64,000 bases of DNA, from the NCBI RefSeq assembly GCF_055900595.2, contig NZ_CM148325.1; one strand, written 5' to 3'. This document shows positions 52,784-62,807 of the stretch, one piece after another. The notes beneath the pieces are model-generated. The model saw only the letters and a program-made list of their open reading frames with translations. It did no database searches and was not told the DNA's origin. How positions within the stretch are numbered: the stretch's first letter is position 1; each line of letters starts with the position of its first letter. A program made the translations under genes and the position numbers.

Positions 52784-53539
52784 TCAGAACTTATAACCAC
52801 GATGCAGCGCCACAACCCCTGCCGTCAGGTTGTAATAGTCGACACTTTCGAATCCAGCATCCTGCATCATAGCTTTCAGGGTGTCCTGATCGGGATGCAT
52901 GCGGATAGATTCAGCAAGATAACGGTAGCTGTCAGCGTCGTTCGCGACCAGTGAGCCAATACGCGGCAGCACATGGAAGGAGTAAGCGTCATAGGCCTTA
53001 CTTAACGGCTCGATAATCGGCTTCGAGAACTCAAGCACCAGCAGTCGGCCGCCAGGTTTCAGAACGCGATACATTGAACGCAGAGCTTTATCTTTGTCAG
53101 TGACGTTACGCAGACCAAACGAAATGGTGATGCAATCAAAGGTGTTATCCGGGAACGGCAGCGCCTCAGCGTTCGCCTGAACATACTCAACGTTGCCAAT
53201 CACACCAATATTACGCAGCTTCTCGCGGCCCATTTTGAGCATGGATTCATTGATATCAGCAAGGACCACTTTGCCAGTTTCACCCACCAGGCGGGAGAAT
53301 TTCGCTGTCAGGTCGCCAGTACCGCCTGCCAGATCCAGCACGGTCTGCCCACGGCGTACGCCGCTGCAATCAATCGTGAAGCGTTTCCACAAACGATGTA
53401 TGCCAAAAGACATCAAATCATTCATGACATCGTATTTCGATGCCACGGAATGGAAAACGTGAGCGACCATATCCGCTTTTTGTTCCTTCGCGACGGTCTG
53501 AAAACCAAAGTGCGTCGTTTCTTGTGACTTATCCACCAT
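52784..53539 (-). CDS. ubiE: Ubiquinone/menaquinone C-methyltransferase
   Basis: 251-aa ORF with SAM-binding LDLAGGTGD. Confidence 0.95.
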
Positions 53540-53633
53540 CTCAATGCCTGCTCATCAAAAAATTGTTCCAGAAGTGTAACAGATTGGGCGTCGATGCCCT
53601 AGATTTCTACCCGGCTTAACTACCCCCAATGGG

Positions 53634-55061
53634 CTAGCGCGACTGCTGATTATATTCATCATCGCGTTGATAAGCTTCATCATTCGGCTGCTCCGGAACC
53701 GACCGCAGTCGATACTCTTCATCCTGGCTCACCGCTTGTTCAGCCAAATCCGGATTAATCTCGCGTTTAATTTCTACCCCTAAACCGCGAAACGCTTCTG
53801 CTTGCGCCAGCACATTTCCGCGACCTGAAGAGAGTTTTTTCATTGCCTGACGATAGTTGTCCTGTGCTTTGTCCAGACTTTGACCAATCGCGGACATATC
53901 ATCGACAAACAAGCGCATTTTGTCGTACAACTTGCTGGCGCGATCGGCTATTTTCTGGGCGTTACGACTTTGATGCTCATAGCGCCAGAGGTTGGCGATA
54001 GTGCGCAGCGCCACCAGCAGCGTGGTCGGGCTAACCAGCATGATATTGTTTTTCAACGCTTCGGTGATCAGCTCCGGCTGGCGGTCAAGCGCCAGTAAAA
54101 AAGCGGGTTCAACGGGAATAAACATCAGCACGTAATCCAGGGTTCGCAGCCCCGGCAGCTGTTGATAATCTTTGCGTCCCAGCAAACGGATATGGTTACG
54201 CACCGACGCGATATGTTCCTGTAGCGCGCTTTCGCGGGTGTAGTCGTCTTCTGCGTTGAAATAGCGTTCATAGGCGACCAGCGTCATTTTTGCGTCGATC
54301 ACCACAACTTTGCCCTGCGGCAGCCGCACGATGACATCCGGCTGCATCCGCGAGCGGGCGTCATTTTCGATGCTGACCTGGGTTTCATATTCATACCCTT
54401 CACGCAGACCGGAAGCCTCCAGCACACGCGTCAATACTACCTCGCCCCAGTTGCCCTGGGTTTTATTGTCGCCTTTCAGCGCACGCGTCAGGTTGATCGC
54501 TTCCTGGGCCATTTGCGCGTTGAGCTGCTGGAGATTGCGTATTTCGTGAGTCAGGGTATGGCGTTCTTGTGCTTCTTTACCGAAACTGTCCTGAACCTGA
54601 CGACGAAAACCGTCCAGTTGTTCACGTAGTGGCGACAACAGGCTGTTCAGACTCTGACGGTTTTGCTCATCAACCCGGCGATTGCTGTGCTCGAAAATAC
54701 GGTTGGCGAGGTTTTCAAACTGCTCACTGAGGCGCTGTTCGCTGTTGATCATTTGGCGAATTTTATCGTCAGCATGTTGCTGTACGGCCTCCATTCGCGT
54801 GGTGACCTCACGCAGATCCGCCTCCAGCGAGGTGTTAATGCTTTGCAGACTGCGCACTTCATTATTGAGTAACTCGCACTCAGCACGCCAATGTTCGCTT
54901 TGGGTAATTTGTTGTTTTGCCGCACTTAACTCCGCGACCATCTCTTCACGTTCAGCGAATTGCTCGGCTTTTTGCTGCGCATGCTGATAACTGGCAATCA
55001 GCCAGCCAATCGCCACGCTCACCAACGCAATAACTGCGTAAACCATGATTGAGATATCCAC
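53634..55061 (-). CDS. rmuC: DNA recombination protein RmuC
   Basis: 475 aa from a GTG start preceded by GGAGG; N-terminal TM helix and coiled coil. Confidence 0.85.
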   Translation of the reverse strand: MDISIMVYAVIALVSVAIGWLIASYQHAQQKAEQFAEREEMVAELSAAKQQITQSEHWRAECELLNNEVRSLQSINTSLEADLREVTTRMEAVQQHADDKIRQMINSEQRLSEQFENLANRIFEHSNRRVDEQNRQSLNSLLSPLREQLDGFRRQVQDSFGKEAQERHTLTHEIRNLQQLNAQMAQEAINLTRALKGDNKTQGNWGEVVLTRVLEASGLREGYEYETQVSIENDARSRMQPDVIVRLPQGKVVVIDAKMTLVAYERYFNAEDDYTRESALQEHIASVRNHIRLLGRKDYQQLPGLRTLDYVLMFIPVEPAFLLALDRQPELITEALKNNIMLVSPTTLLVALRTIANLWRYEHQSRNAQKIADRASKLYDKMRLFVDDMSAIGQSLDKAQDNYRQAMKKLSSGRGNVLAQAEAFRGLGVEIKREINPDLAEQAVSQDEEYRLRSVPEQPNDEAYQRDDEYNQQSR

Positions 55062-55179
55062 AACGCCTCCAGCCTCATTACTTACCCGCACAAAATAGAA
55101 TTGTGCTGTACAAACGTCCAGTTTGAAAGAAGTTTCCTGCGAGGCGCTACGCAAAACGATCCTTAATTTTTATTATTTT

Positions 55180-55215
55180 ATCCCACAATATGAGACGTAG
55201 TTTATATTGTGGGAT
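55180..55215. promoter_or_regulatory. Perfect 12-bp inverted repeat (candidate IclR-type operator)
   Basis: atcccacaatat (55180-55191) and atattgtgggat (55204-55215) are exact reverse complements separated by 12 bp, about 60 bp upstream of the IclR-family gene. Confidence 0.5.
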
Positions 55216-55276
55216 ATATCACCTTTTCCCCACGTCATTATGTGGAACACTTCAGCAATATCATCAGGAGAAACGT

Positions 55277-56044
55277 ATGGCAGATACCTCTTCAACCACC
55301 GCTGGCGCACAAACGTTATTACGCGGGCTGGCGGTTCTTAATGCTGTTTATAACGGCTGCCATGACCTGAAAAGTATCGGCGAGTTCACCGGCACGACCC
55401 GGAGCACAACCCATCGTTTAGTCACCGTTCTGGTGGAACAACGCTACCTGCGCCACGTCCCAACGCAGGGCTACCAACTGGGCGCCAAACTGATCGAATT
55501 CGGTGCCAGAGCACTGGAAAGCACCTCGCTGTACGAAGTTGCGCTGCCCGTTTTGCAGCGTCTGGCCCGTTACACCCTGGACACCGTGCATCTGGGGATC
55601 GTTGAAGGCGGCGAAGTGCTGTATCTGGAGAAGATCAACAGTCAGCGTGGGCTGGAAATGCGCTCACGCCCAGGCCATCGCATGCCACTGGCAATCACCG
55701 GCATCGGCAAGGCATTGATCCTCAACCGAACAGAAGAAGAGTGGCGCACGCTGTTTAAGACCTGTGGTGATGAAACAAAACTGGGCACATTTATTCAGAA
55801 CATGCGTCGTTATGCCGCCAGTGGTTTTGCTTTTGATCTGGAAGAGAACGAGCCGACTATCCGTTGCGTTGCAGCGCCGGTTTACAACGCCCGGGATGAA
55901 ATTGTGGCGGCTATTTCTGTCGCCAGTACCACTACGTATATGTCACTGGCGCGTCTGGAAGAACTGGCACCTTACGTCAAATCCTGTGCAGAAGAGATAT
56001 CCGCTGAACTGGGCTGGGGTAAGCACGTCCACAAAAATAAATAA
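55277..56044 (+). CDS. IclR-family transcriptional regulator
   Basis: 255 aa from MADTSS with CAGGAG upstream; N-terminal HTH and C-terminal effector domain. Confidence 0.85.
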   Translation: MADTSSTTAGAQTLLRGLAVLNAVYNGCHDLKSIGEFTGTTRSTTHRLVTVLVEQRYLRHVPTQGYQLGAKLIEFGARALESTSLYEVALPVLQRLARYTLDTVHLGIVEGGEVLYLEKINSQRGLEMRSRPGHRMPLAITGIGKALILNRTEEEWRTLFKTCGDETKLGTFIQNMRRYAASGFAFDLEENEPTIRCVAAPVYNARDEIVAAISVASTTTYMSLARLEELAPYVKSCAEEISAELGWGKHVHKNK

Positions 56045-56067
56045 ACCATGACTAAAGGAAACGGCTA

Positions 56068-57072
56068 ATGTCGGGAAACACCTCATTTATTGCCCTGGAC
56101 TGGGGAACGTCATCGCTTCGGGCATGGCGTTTTGGCGACTCACCCAATCCACAAGAAAAACGTGAATTCCCGTGGGGGATCATGAAATTACCCTCCCAGG
56201 CAGCAACACGTGAGGACGCTTTCCACGATACGTTTTTACGTGTCTGCGGCGACTGGCTGGCACAATCCCAATGCCCGGTTCTGGCTTGCGGCATGATCGG
56301 CAGTGCGCAAGGGTGGCAACCCGCAGCTTATTTACCTTGCCCGGTCACTCTCGAGGGTCTGGCAAAGCAGTTGACGCCTGTTATCTACCAGCAGCAGACA
56401 ATGCTGCACATCATTCCCGGCGTGATTAAAGAAGGTGAAATGCCCGAAGTGATGCGTGGCGAAGAGACACAAATCTTCGGTGCTATCTCGATGGAACCGG
56501 CCCTGCAAAACGCGATCCGCCAGGGTATGCCTGTGCTGATTGGCTTACCTGGCACACATGCGAAATGGGCGGTAGTTGAAAACAACACCATTACCGATTT
56601 CCGAACCTTTATGACAGGCGAGTTATTTGATGTTTTATCCCGCCATTCGATTCTCGGTGCCACCATGCGTTCGGGAGATGAACCGCACTGGGATGCCTTC
56701 ACCCATGGGCTGAAATCAGCACAAGAGCATCATCAGACCGGATTATTATCGACGCTGTTTTCGACCCGTTCGCGCCTGCTGACCAGTAATCTTACGCCGT
56801 CCTCGCAGGGGGATTACCTTTCAGGATTACTGATAGGCCATGAATTATGCGGTCTGGCATCCAGTTTGCTACGTGATTTACCCGCCACAACACCGATCGC
56901 CTTAATCGGTAGCGCCACTCTGAACAGCCGCTATTCACAAGCATTCAGCCACGTTTTTCCCGACAGACAGCTACACGCCATTCCTAATGCCACTGAACAG
57001 GGGTTATGGCGAATCGCCCACGCTGCCGGGCTACTCTCCACCAACGCCAGGGAATGTACTCATGCCATTTAA
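56068..57072 (+). CDS. 2-dehydro-3-deoxygalactonokinase (DgoK)-like sugar-acid kinase
   Basis: 334-aa ORF; N-terminal FIALDWGTSSLRAW resembles the DgoK family start. Confidence 0.7.
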   Translation: MSGNTSFIALDWGTSSLRAWRFGDSPNPQEKREFPWGIMKLPSQAATREDAFHDTFLRVCGDWLAQSQCPVLACGMIGSAQGWQPAAYLPCPVTLEGLAKQLTPVIYQQQTMLHIIPGVIKEGEMPEVMRGEETQIFGAISMEPALQNAIRQGMPVLIGLPGTHAKWAVVENNTITDFRTFMTGELFDVLSRHSILGATMRSGDEPHWDAFTHGLKSAQEHHQTGLLSTLFSTRSRLLTSNLTPSSQGDYLSGLLIGHELCGLASSLLRDLPATTPIALIGSATLNSRYSQAFSHVFPDRQLHAIPNATEQGLWRIAHAAGLLSTNARECTHAI

Positions 57073-57691
57073 TACGCTTTTGCAAAAAACCGGGTTAGTC
57101 GCCATTTTACGCGGCGTGAAACCGGATGAGATTGTCGCCATCGGTGAAAAGCTGTATGCCGCTGGATTTCGCCTGATTGAGATTCCCATGAACTCGCCGG
57201 AGCCGTTGCAAAGTATCAGTTTACTGCGCGACGCCCTGCCTAAGGACTGCCTGGTCGGAGCCGGAACTGTGCTTTCGGTGGAGCAAGTCGTCGCGGTTAA
57301 AGAGGCTGGAGGCCAGATTATCGTAATGCCGCATTGCGATACTGCGGTGATCCGTCGTGCCCGTGCGCTGGGTATGTATTGTGCGCCTGGCGTCGCTACG
57401 CCCACCGAAGCTTTTGCTGCCATTGAACATGGCGCCAATGCCATCAAGCTGTTCCCGGCTGAACAAATTACGCCTGAAGTCACCAAAGCCTGGCGTGCGG
57501 TTATTCCACAATCCGTTCCGATGTTACCGGTTGGCGGTATCACTCCAGACACAATGGCGCGTTATCTGAGCCACGGCGCAAACGGCTTTGGCCTCGGTTC
57601 TGCGCTATATCGCCCCGGCATGACGCCAGAGCAAGTCTATGAAAATGCAGTACTGTTTATGAACGCATGGAACAATTTAAATAGCAAATAA
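57062..57691 (+). CDS. 2-dehydro-3-deoxy-6-phosphogalactonate/KDPG-type aldolase (DgoA/Eda-like)
   Basis: 209 aa from MPFNTLLQKTGLVAILRG; start overlaps the kinase gene stop. Confidence 0.75.
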   Translation: MPFNTLLQKTGLVAILRGVKPDEIVAIGEKLYAAGFRLIEIPMNSPEPLQSISLLRDALPKDCLVGAGTVLSVEQVVAVKEAGGQIIVMPHCDTAVIRRARALGMYCAPGVATPTEAFAAIEHGANAIKLFPAEQITPEVTKAWRAVIPQSVPMLPVGGITPDTMARYLSHGANGFGLGSALYRPGMTPEQVYENAVLFMNAWNNLNSK

Positions 57692-57715
57692 CTGATAAAT
57701 AAGGATATAAAAGCA

Positions 57716-58690
57716 ATGATAAAACATCTTACCTTACCGAAAAAAATGGCTGCAATGGTACTTCTTGCCGGCGCTGCCCTCAGCACTGCGCCTGTGCAGG
57801 CGGCCTCCTGGCCAACCAAACAGATCGAGTTAGTCGTACCCTACGCGGCCGGAGGCGGTACGGATCTGGTTGCCCGTGCCTTTGCTGATGCCGCCAAAAA
57901 CCATTTGCCCGTCAGCATCGGGGTTATCAATAAACCTGGCGGTGGCGGCGCTATCGGCCTGAGTGAAATCGCCGCTGCCCGCCCTAACGGTTACAAAATG
58001 GGTTTAGGCACGGTTGAACTGACCACCCTTCCCAGTCTCGGAATGGTGCGTTTTAAAACCAGCGACTTTAAACCCATTGCCCGTCTGAATGCGGATCCGG
58101 CTGCTATCACCGTCCGTGCCGATGCACCGTGGAATAGCTATGAAGAATTTATGACTTACGCCAAAGCGAATCCCGGAAAAGTACGCATTGGTAACTCAGG
58201 CACCGGAGCAATCTGGCATCTGGCGGCAGCTGCACTGGAAGACAAAACGGGCGTGAAGTTTTCTCATGTCCCATATGACGGCGCAGCCCCTGCCATTACA
58301 GGCCTGTTAGGCGGGCATATTGAAGCGGTTTCCGTAAGCCCAGGTGAAGTTATCAATCATGTGAAAGGCGGCAAGCTGAAGACACTGGTAGTGATGGCGG
58401 ATGAACATATGAAAACCATGCCTGACGTACCGACGTTAAAAGAGAAAGGCGTTGATCTCTCCATCGGCACCTGGCGCGGCCTGATTGTGTCGCAAAAAAC
58501 GCCGCAGGATGTGGTGGATGTTCTGGCAAAGGCAGCAAAAGAGACGGCTGAAGAGCCTGCATTCCAGGATGCGCTGCAAAAGTTGAATCTCAACTATGCA
58601 TGGCTTGATGGTGCCAGCTTCCAGACCCAAATCAACGAGCAGGAAAAGTACTTTGACGAGCTGCTGACTCGCCTGGGCCTGAAAAAATAA
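57716..58690 (+). CDS. Tripartite tricarboxylate transporter substrate-binding protein (TctC/Bug family)
   Basis: 324-aa ORF with signal peptide; Bug-family-like. Confidence 0.8.
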   Translation: MIKHLTLPKKMAAMVLLAGAALSTAPVQAASWPTKQIELVVPYAAGGGTDLVARAFADAAKNHLPVSIGVINKPGGGGAIGLSEIAAARPNGYKMGLGTVELTTLPSLGMVRFKTSDFKPIARLNADPAAITVRADAPWNSYEEFMTYAKANPGKVRIGNSGTGAIWHLAAAALEDKTGVKFSHVPYDGAAPAITGLLGGHIEAVSVSPGEVINHVKGGKLKTLVVMADEHMKTMPDVPTLKEKGVDLSIGTWRGLIVSQKTPQDVVDVLAKAAKETAEEPAFQDALQKLNLNYAWLDGASFQTQINEQEKYFDELLTRLGLKK

Positions 58691-58706
58691 TCCCGAGGTA
58701 CGGTCG

Positions 58707-59213
58707 ATGAACACAAAACAGTCTGTTGCTCAACTCGCCGTACCGCACCGCAAGCGCCTTTCATCCACTGTGGTGGTGGCGCTGTTACTTTGTGTGGTTG
58801 CTGGCGCGGTGATAATTAATGCCGCTGATTTTCCAGCAACTGCCATTGAAACGGATCCCGGTGCAAGTGCCTTCCCTACTTTCTATGCCTGCGCTCTGAT
58901 TGTGCTCGCTGTCTTACTTGTGATACGCGATCTTTTGCTGGCAAAACCAGTCCCTTGCGCCAACGCACAGGAAAAACCGGCATTCAGGAAAACGGCAACA
59001 GGAATTGCGGCAACCGCGTTTTATATCGTGGCAATGAGCTACTGCGGTTATCTCATTACTACTCCTGTTTTCCTCATCGTCATTATGGCATTGATGGGCT
59101 ACAGGCGATGGGTACTCACACCGGGTATTGCGCTGCTGTTAACGGCAATCCTCTGGTTGCTGTTTGTCGAAGCGTTACAGGTGCCATTGCCTGTCGGCAC
59201 ATTTTTCGAATAA
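58707..59213 (+). CDS. Tripartite tricarboxylate transporter small membrane subunit (TctB-like)
   Basis: 168-aa ORF with four predicted TM segments, positioned between TctC-like and TctA-like genes. Confidence 0.7.
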   Translation: MNTKQSVAQLAVPHRKRLSSTVVVALLLCVVAGAVIINAADFPATAIETDPGASAFPTFYACALIVLAVLLVIRDLLLAKPVPCANAQEKPAFRKTATGIAATAFYIVAMSYCGYLITTPVFLIVIMALMGYRRWVLTPGIALLLTAILWLLFVEALQVPLPVGTFFE

Positions 59214-59225
59214 CAGGGGCCTGCA

Positions 59226-60716
59226 ATGTTTGAAAGTGAACTTTTAACTCAGGGGTTTTCGACATTACTCAGTAATCCTCAGGCGCTGCTGTTTGCCACG
59301 TTTGGAGTGATGCTGGGTATTATGATTGGCGCTCTGCCTGGCCTGACAGCGACCATGGGTGTGGCGATTTTGCTGCCTTTCACCTACGGCATGGAGCCTG
59401 TTTCTGGCTTGTTGATGATTTGCGGTGTCTTTTTTGGTGGTGTGTATGGTGGTTCTATCACCGCAATTTTGCTCAAAATTCCCGGTACGCCTGCCGCCGC
59501 TGCCACCGCCATTGACGGATATGAGCTGACGAAGCAGGGAAAAGCCGGGCTGGCGTTAAGTGCCGCCACGTTCTCTTCTTTTAGCGGTGGAACGCTCAGC
59601 ATTATCGTATTGATGTTTCTCTCTCCGGTACTTGCCAGTTGGGCGTTGAAATTTAGTGCCTCGGAGTCCTTCGCCCTGGCAACCTTCGGACTGAGCATTA
59701 TTGCCAGTATTTCCGGTGAGTCACTGATTAAAGGGCTGATTGCCGGGGTTGGCGGATTGCTTATCGCAACGATAGGCCTTGATCCAATGGGCGGTTTTCC
59801 ACGCTTTACAGGTGGATTTGTGGAGCTGATGAATGTGCCATTTATCCCGGTGATGATTGGTTTATTTGCTGCTTCAGAAGCATTCCGCTCTATGGAGCAA
59901 AACCAGCAAATTCGTCAGGGGGCGAAGGTGGCTATCGGCAGTCTGTTACTGCCCTGGCAAACACTACGCCGCATCGCATTAACCATTTTGCGCTCATCAG
60001 GATTAGGGGTTTTTATCGGCATGATCCCCGGTGCGGGGGCAGATATTGCAGCTTTTGTTGCCTATAACGAAACTCGTCGTTTCAGTAAGACGCCTGAAAA
60101 CTTTGGTAAGGGTGAGATTAAGGCGGTGGCCTCCTGTGAGGCAGGCGCGAATGGCTGCACCGGTGGCGCATTGTTACCTATGCTGACGTTGGGGATCCCA
60201 GGCGATGCGGTAACTGCCATCATGCTGGGCGCGTTAACGTTACAAGGGATGCAGCCAGGCCCACTTATGTTTACCGACCACGGCGATATGGTTTATACGC
60301 TGTTTGTCGGCATGATCTTTTGTTACTTCATGCTGCTAGTTCTTGGACTGCTCTCTTTGAAAGTCATCGGTAACGTGGTGAAGATCCCCGGCAATATTCT
60401 CACGCCGATGATCCTCGCACTTTGTGTGGTCGGGACTTATGCGCTGAACAATAGCCTGTTTGATGTTGGCATTATGCTGATTGCAGGCGTGGTGGGCTAT
60501 TTCATGCAAAAAGGGGGGTATCCGGCATCACCCGTAGTGCTGGCATTGATTATGGGGCCAATGGCGGAAAGTAATTTTCGCCGTGCGCTGTCGCTTTCTG
60601 GTGGGTCACTCGACTTTCTGTATACCCGACCGATAACCCTGGCATTGCTGACACTGGCAGCCTTTACGCTACTGACGCCAATAATACGCAAAATTATGCG
60701 CTTACGGCGTCAGTAA
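59226..60716 (+). CDS. Tripartite tricarboxylate transporter large permease (TctA-like)
   Basis: 496-aa polytopic ORF. Confidence 0.8.
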   Translation: MFESELLTQGFSTLLSNPQALLFATFGVMLGIMIGALPGLTATMGVAILLPFTYGMEPVSGLLMICGVFFGGVYGGSITAILLKIPGTPAAAATAIDGYELTKQGKAGLALSAATFSSFSGGTLSIIVLMFLSPVLASWALKFSASESFALATFGLSIIASISGESLIKGLIAGVGGLLIATIGLDPMGGFPRFTGGFVELMNVPFIPVMIGLFAASEAFRSMEQNQQIRQGAKVAIGSLLLPWQTLRRIALTILRSSGLGVFIGMIPGAGADIAAFVAYNETRRFSKTPENFGKGEIKAVASCEAGANGCTGGALLPMLTLGIPGDAVTAIMLGALTLQGMQPGPLMFTDHGDMVYTLFVGMIFCYFMLLVLGLLSLKVIGNVVKIPGNILTPMILALCVVGTYALNNSLFDVGIMLIAGVVGYFMQKGGYPASPVVLALIMGPMAESNFRRALSLSGGSLDFLYTRPITLALLTLAAFTLLTPIIRKIMRLRRQ

Positions 60717-60770
60717 TTGATATCGCTCCCCGACGTTGGGGAGTATGAGACTGATGACAAACGCTAAATT

Positions 60771-60871
60771 GCCTGATGCGCTGCGCTTATCAGGCCTACC
60801 ACAGAAATGCAATATATTGAATTTGCATGCTTTTGTAGGCCGGATAAGGCGATCACGCCGCATCCGGCATG
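60771..60871. repeat. REP elements
   Basis: gcctgatgcgctgcgcttatcaggcctac and gtaggccggataaggcgatcacgccgcatccggcatg. Confidence 0.7.
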
Positions 60872-60901
60872 AACAAAGCACACGTTAACAACAATCGGAA
60901 T

Positions 60902-60928
60902 GCTCCCCTAAGCCAGGGAGCGTTTTTT
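60902..60928 (+). terminator. Rho-independent terminator, + strand orientation
   Basis: gctccc ... gggagc hairpin followed by TTTTTT; the T-tract overlaps the udp stop codon. Confidence 0.6.
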
Positions 60929-61691
60929 ATTTCAGCAGACGACGCGCCGCTTCCACCACGATTTTCACCGCATGGCTTTCGGTTTGTTTCATCGTCTCAG
61001 CATTCGGGATCTCTTGTTGGGTACGATTGACGATAACGCCCGCCACCATACCGGCACGAAGGCCCTGGCTTGCACACATGGTCAGCAGGGTTGCAGATTC
61101 CATTTCATAGTTCATTACGCCCATCGCCTGCCACTCTTCCATAGAACCTTTAAAGTGACGAACTACGCGACCAGAGTAAGTATCGTAACGTTCCTGACCT
61201 GGGTAGAAGGTATCAGAAGAAGCCGTCACGCCAACGTGAGTCGTCGCGCCGATGGATTTCGCAGCCTCAACCAGCGCGGTCGTACATTCGAAATCAGCGA
61301 CAGCCGGGAATTCCAGCGGTGCGAAGTGCAGGCTCGCGCCATCCAGACGAACAGACGCCGTGGTAACCAGGACATCGCCAACATTAATATGCGGCTGAAT
61401 AGCGCCCGTTGTACCGATACGCAGGAAGGTGCGAATGCCCAGCTGTGCCAGCTCTTCAACTGCAATAGAGGTAGACGGGCCGCCGATACCGGTAGAGCAG
61501 ACGATAACAGGTTTACCATCCAGCTCTGCACGCCAGGTGGTGAATTCGCGGTGAGATGCCAGCTTAACCGGCTTATCCATCAGCGCGGCGATCTTTTCCA
61601 CACGATCCGGGTCGCCAGGGACGATGGCAAGCGTAGCCCCTTGTAAATCGTTTTTAGTGAGGCCGAGATGAAAAACATCAGACTTGGACAT
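60927..61691 (-). CDS. udp: Uridine phosphorylase
   Basis: 253 aa from [28 protein letters not shown]. Confidence 0.95.
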   Translation of the reverse strand: MSKSDVFHLGLTKNDLQGATLAIVPGDPDRVEKIAALMDKPVKLASHREFTTWRAELDGKPVIVCSTGIGGPSTSIAVEELAQLGIRTFLRIGTTGAIQPHINVGDVLVTTASVRLDGASLHFAPLEFPAVADFECTTALVEAAKSIGATTHVGVTASSDTFYPGQERYDTYSGRVVRHFKGSMEEWQAMGVMNYEMESATLLTMCASQGLRAGMVAGVIVNRTQQEIPNAETMKQTESHAVKIVVEAARRLLK

Positions 61692-61765
61692 ATACAACTC
61701 CTCTGTGAATCGGTTTAGTCAGAAGAAGCAAAAAGACACTTTACCGAAGGGTTTAACATTTTTTC

Positions 61766-61832
61766 GTGACACTCATCACCTTGATGCAAATGCGTTGCAT
61801 AAATTTACCCAGCAAAAGTGATGCGAATCACA
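61766..61832 (-). promoter_or_regulatory. udp promoter CRP-CytR-CRP array
   Basis: Two CRP-like sites (gtgacactcatcac at 61766-61779; gtgatgcgaatcaca at 61818-61832) flank a tgcaaatgcgttgca CytR-like repeat at 61784-61799. Confidence 0.65.
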
Positions 61833-61952
61833 TAAATCACTCTTCATTCTGCATGACTGCATAAAAGATGAGCCGATTCAGGCAATGTGATTTGTTGCAT
61901 GCTGACTATAGTTAACATTGCGCAACATTTTTATAAGGGTACGGAGAATACC

Positions 61953-62768
61953 ATGGCAACAACACAACAATCTGGATTTGCACCTGCTGCATCACCTCTC
62001 GCTTCGACCATCGTTCAGACCCCGGATGACGCGATTGTAGCAGGCATCACCTCTATCCCTTCACAAGGGGATAACATGCCTGCTTACCATGCCAGACCAA
62101 AGCAGAGCGATGGCCTACTACCAGTGGTCATTGTAGTGCAGGAAATTTTTGGCGTGCATGAACATATCCGCGATATTTGTCGCCGTCTGGCGCTGGAGGG
62201 GTATCTGGCTATCGCACCTGAACTTTACTTCCGCGAAGGCGATCCGAATGATTTTGCCGATATCCCTACGCTGCTTAGCGGTCTGGTAGCAAAAGTGCCT
62301 GACTCGCAGGTGCTGGCCGATCTCGATCATGTCGCCAGTTGGGCGTCACGCAACGGCGGCGATGTTCATCGCTTAATGATCACCGGATTTTGCTGGGGTG
62401 GGCGCATCACCTGGCTGTATGCTGCGCATAATCCACAACTGAAAGCAGCGGTGGCATGGTACGGCAAATTAACCGGCGATAAGACGCTGAATTCACCGAA
62501 ACAACCTGTTGATATCGCAACCGATCTTAACGCTCCGGTTCTCGGCTTATATGGCGGCCAGGATAACAGCATTCCGCAGGAGAGCGTTGAAACCATGCGC
62601 CAGGCGCTGCGGGCTGCTAATGCGAAAGCAGAGATTATCGTCTACCCGGATGCCGGGCATGCATTCAACGCCGATTATCGCCCGAGCTATCATGCCGAAT
62701 CTGCGAAAGATGGCTGGCAGCGAATGCTGGAGTGGTTCAGGCTGTATGGTGGGAAGAAGTCGCTGTAA
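61953..62768 (+). CDS. ysgA: Dienelactone hydrolase family protein
   Basis: 271 aa from MATTQQSG with GGAG upstream. The ORF track's upstream extension is rejected. Confidence 0.8.
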   Translation: MATTQQSGFAPAASPLASTIVQTPDDAIVAGITSIPSQGDNMPAYHARPKQSDGLLPVVIVVQEIFGVHEHIRDICRRLALEGYLAIAPELYFREGDPNDFADIPTLLSGLVAKVPDSQVLADLDHVASWASRNGGDVHRLMITGFCWGGRITWLYAAHNPQLKAAVAWYGKLTGDKTLNSPKQPVDIATDLNAPVLGLYGGQDNSIPQESVETMRQALRAANAKAEIIVYPDAGHAFNADYRPSYHAESAKDGWQRMLEWFRLYGGKKSL

Positions 62769-62775
62769 TGAGAAA

Positions 62776-62805
62776 AGACCGGGTGGTATTACCACCCGGT
62801 TTGGA
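62776..62805. terminator. Bidirectional terminator between ysgA and metE
   Basis: accgggtggtattaccacccggt hairpin flanked by A/T-rich stretches on both sides. Confidence 0.7.
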
Positions 62806-62807
62806 TT

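Noticed and set aside
60972-61646. 224-aa + strand ORF
   Set aside because: Antisense to udp; Arg-rich nonsense translation.
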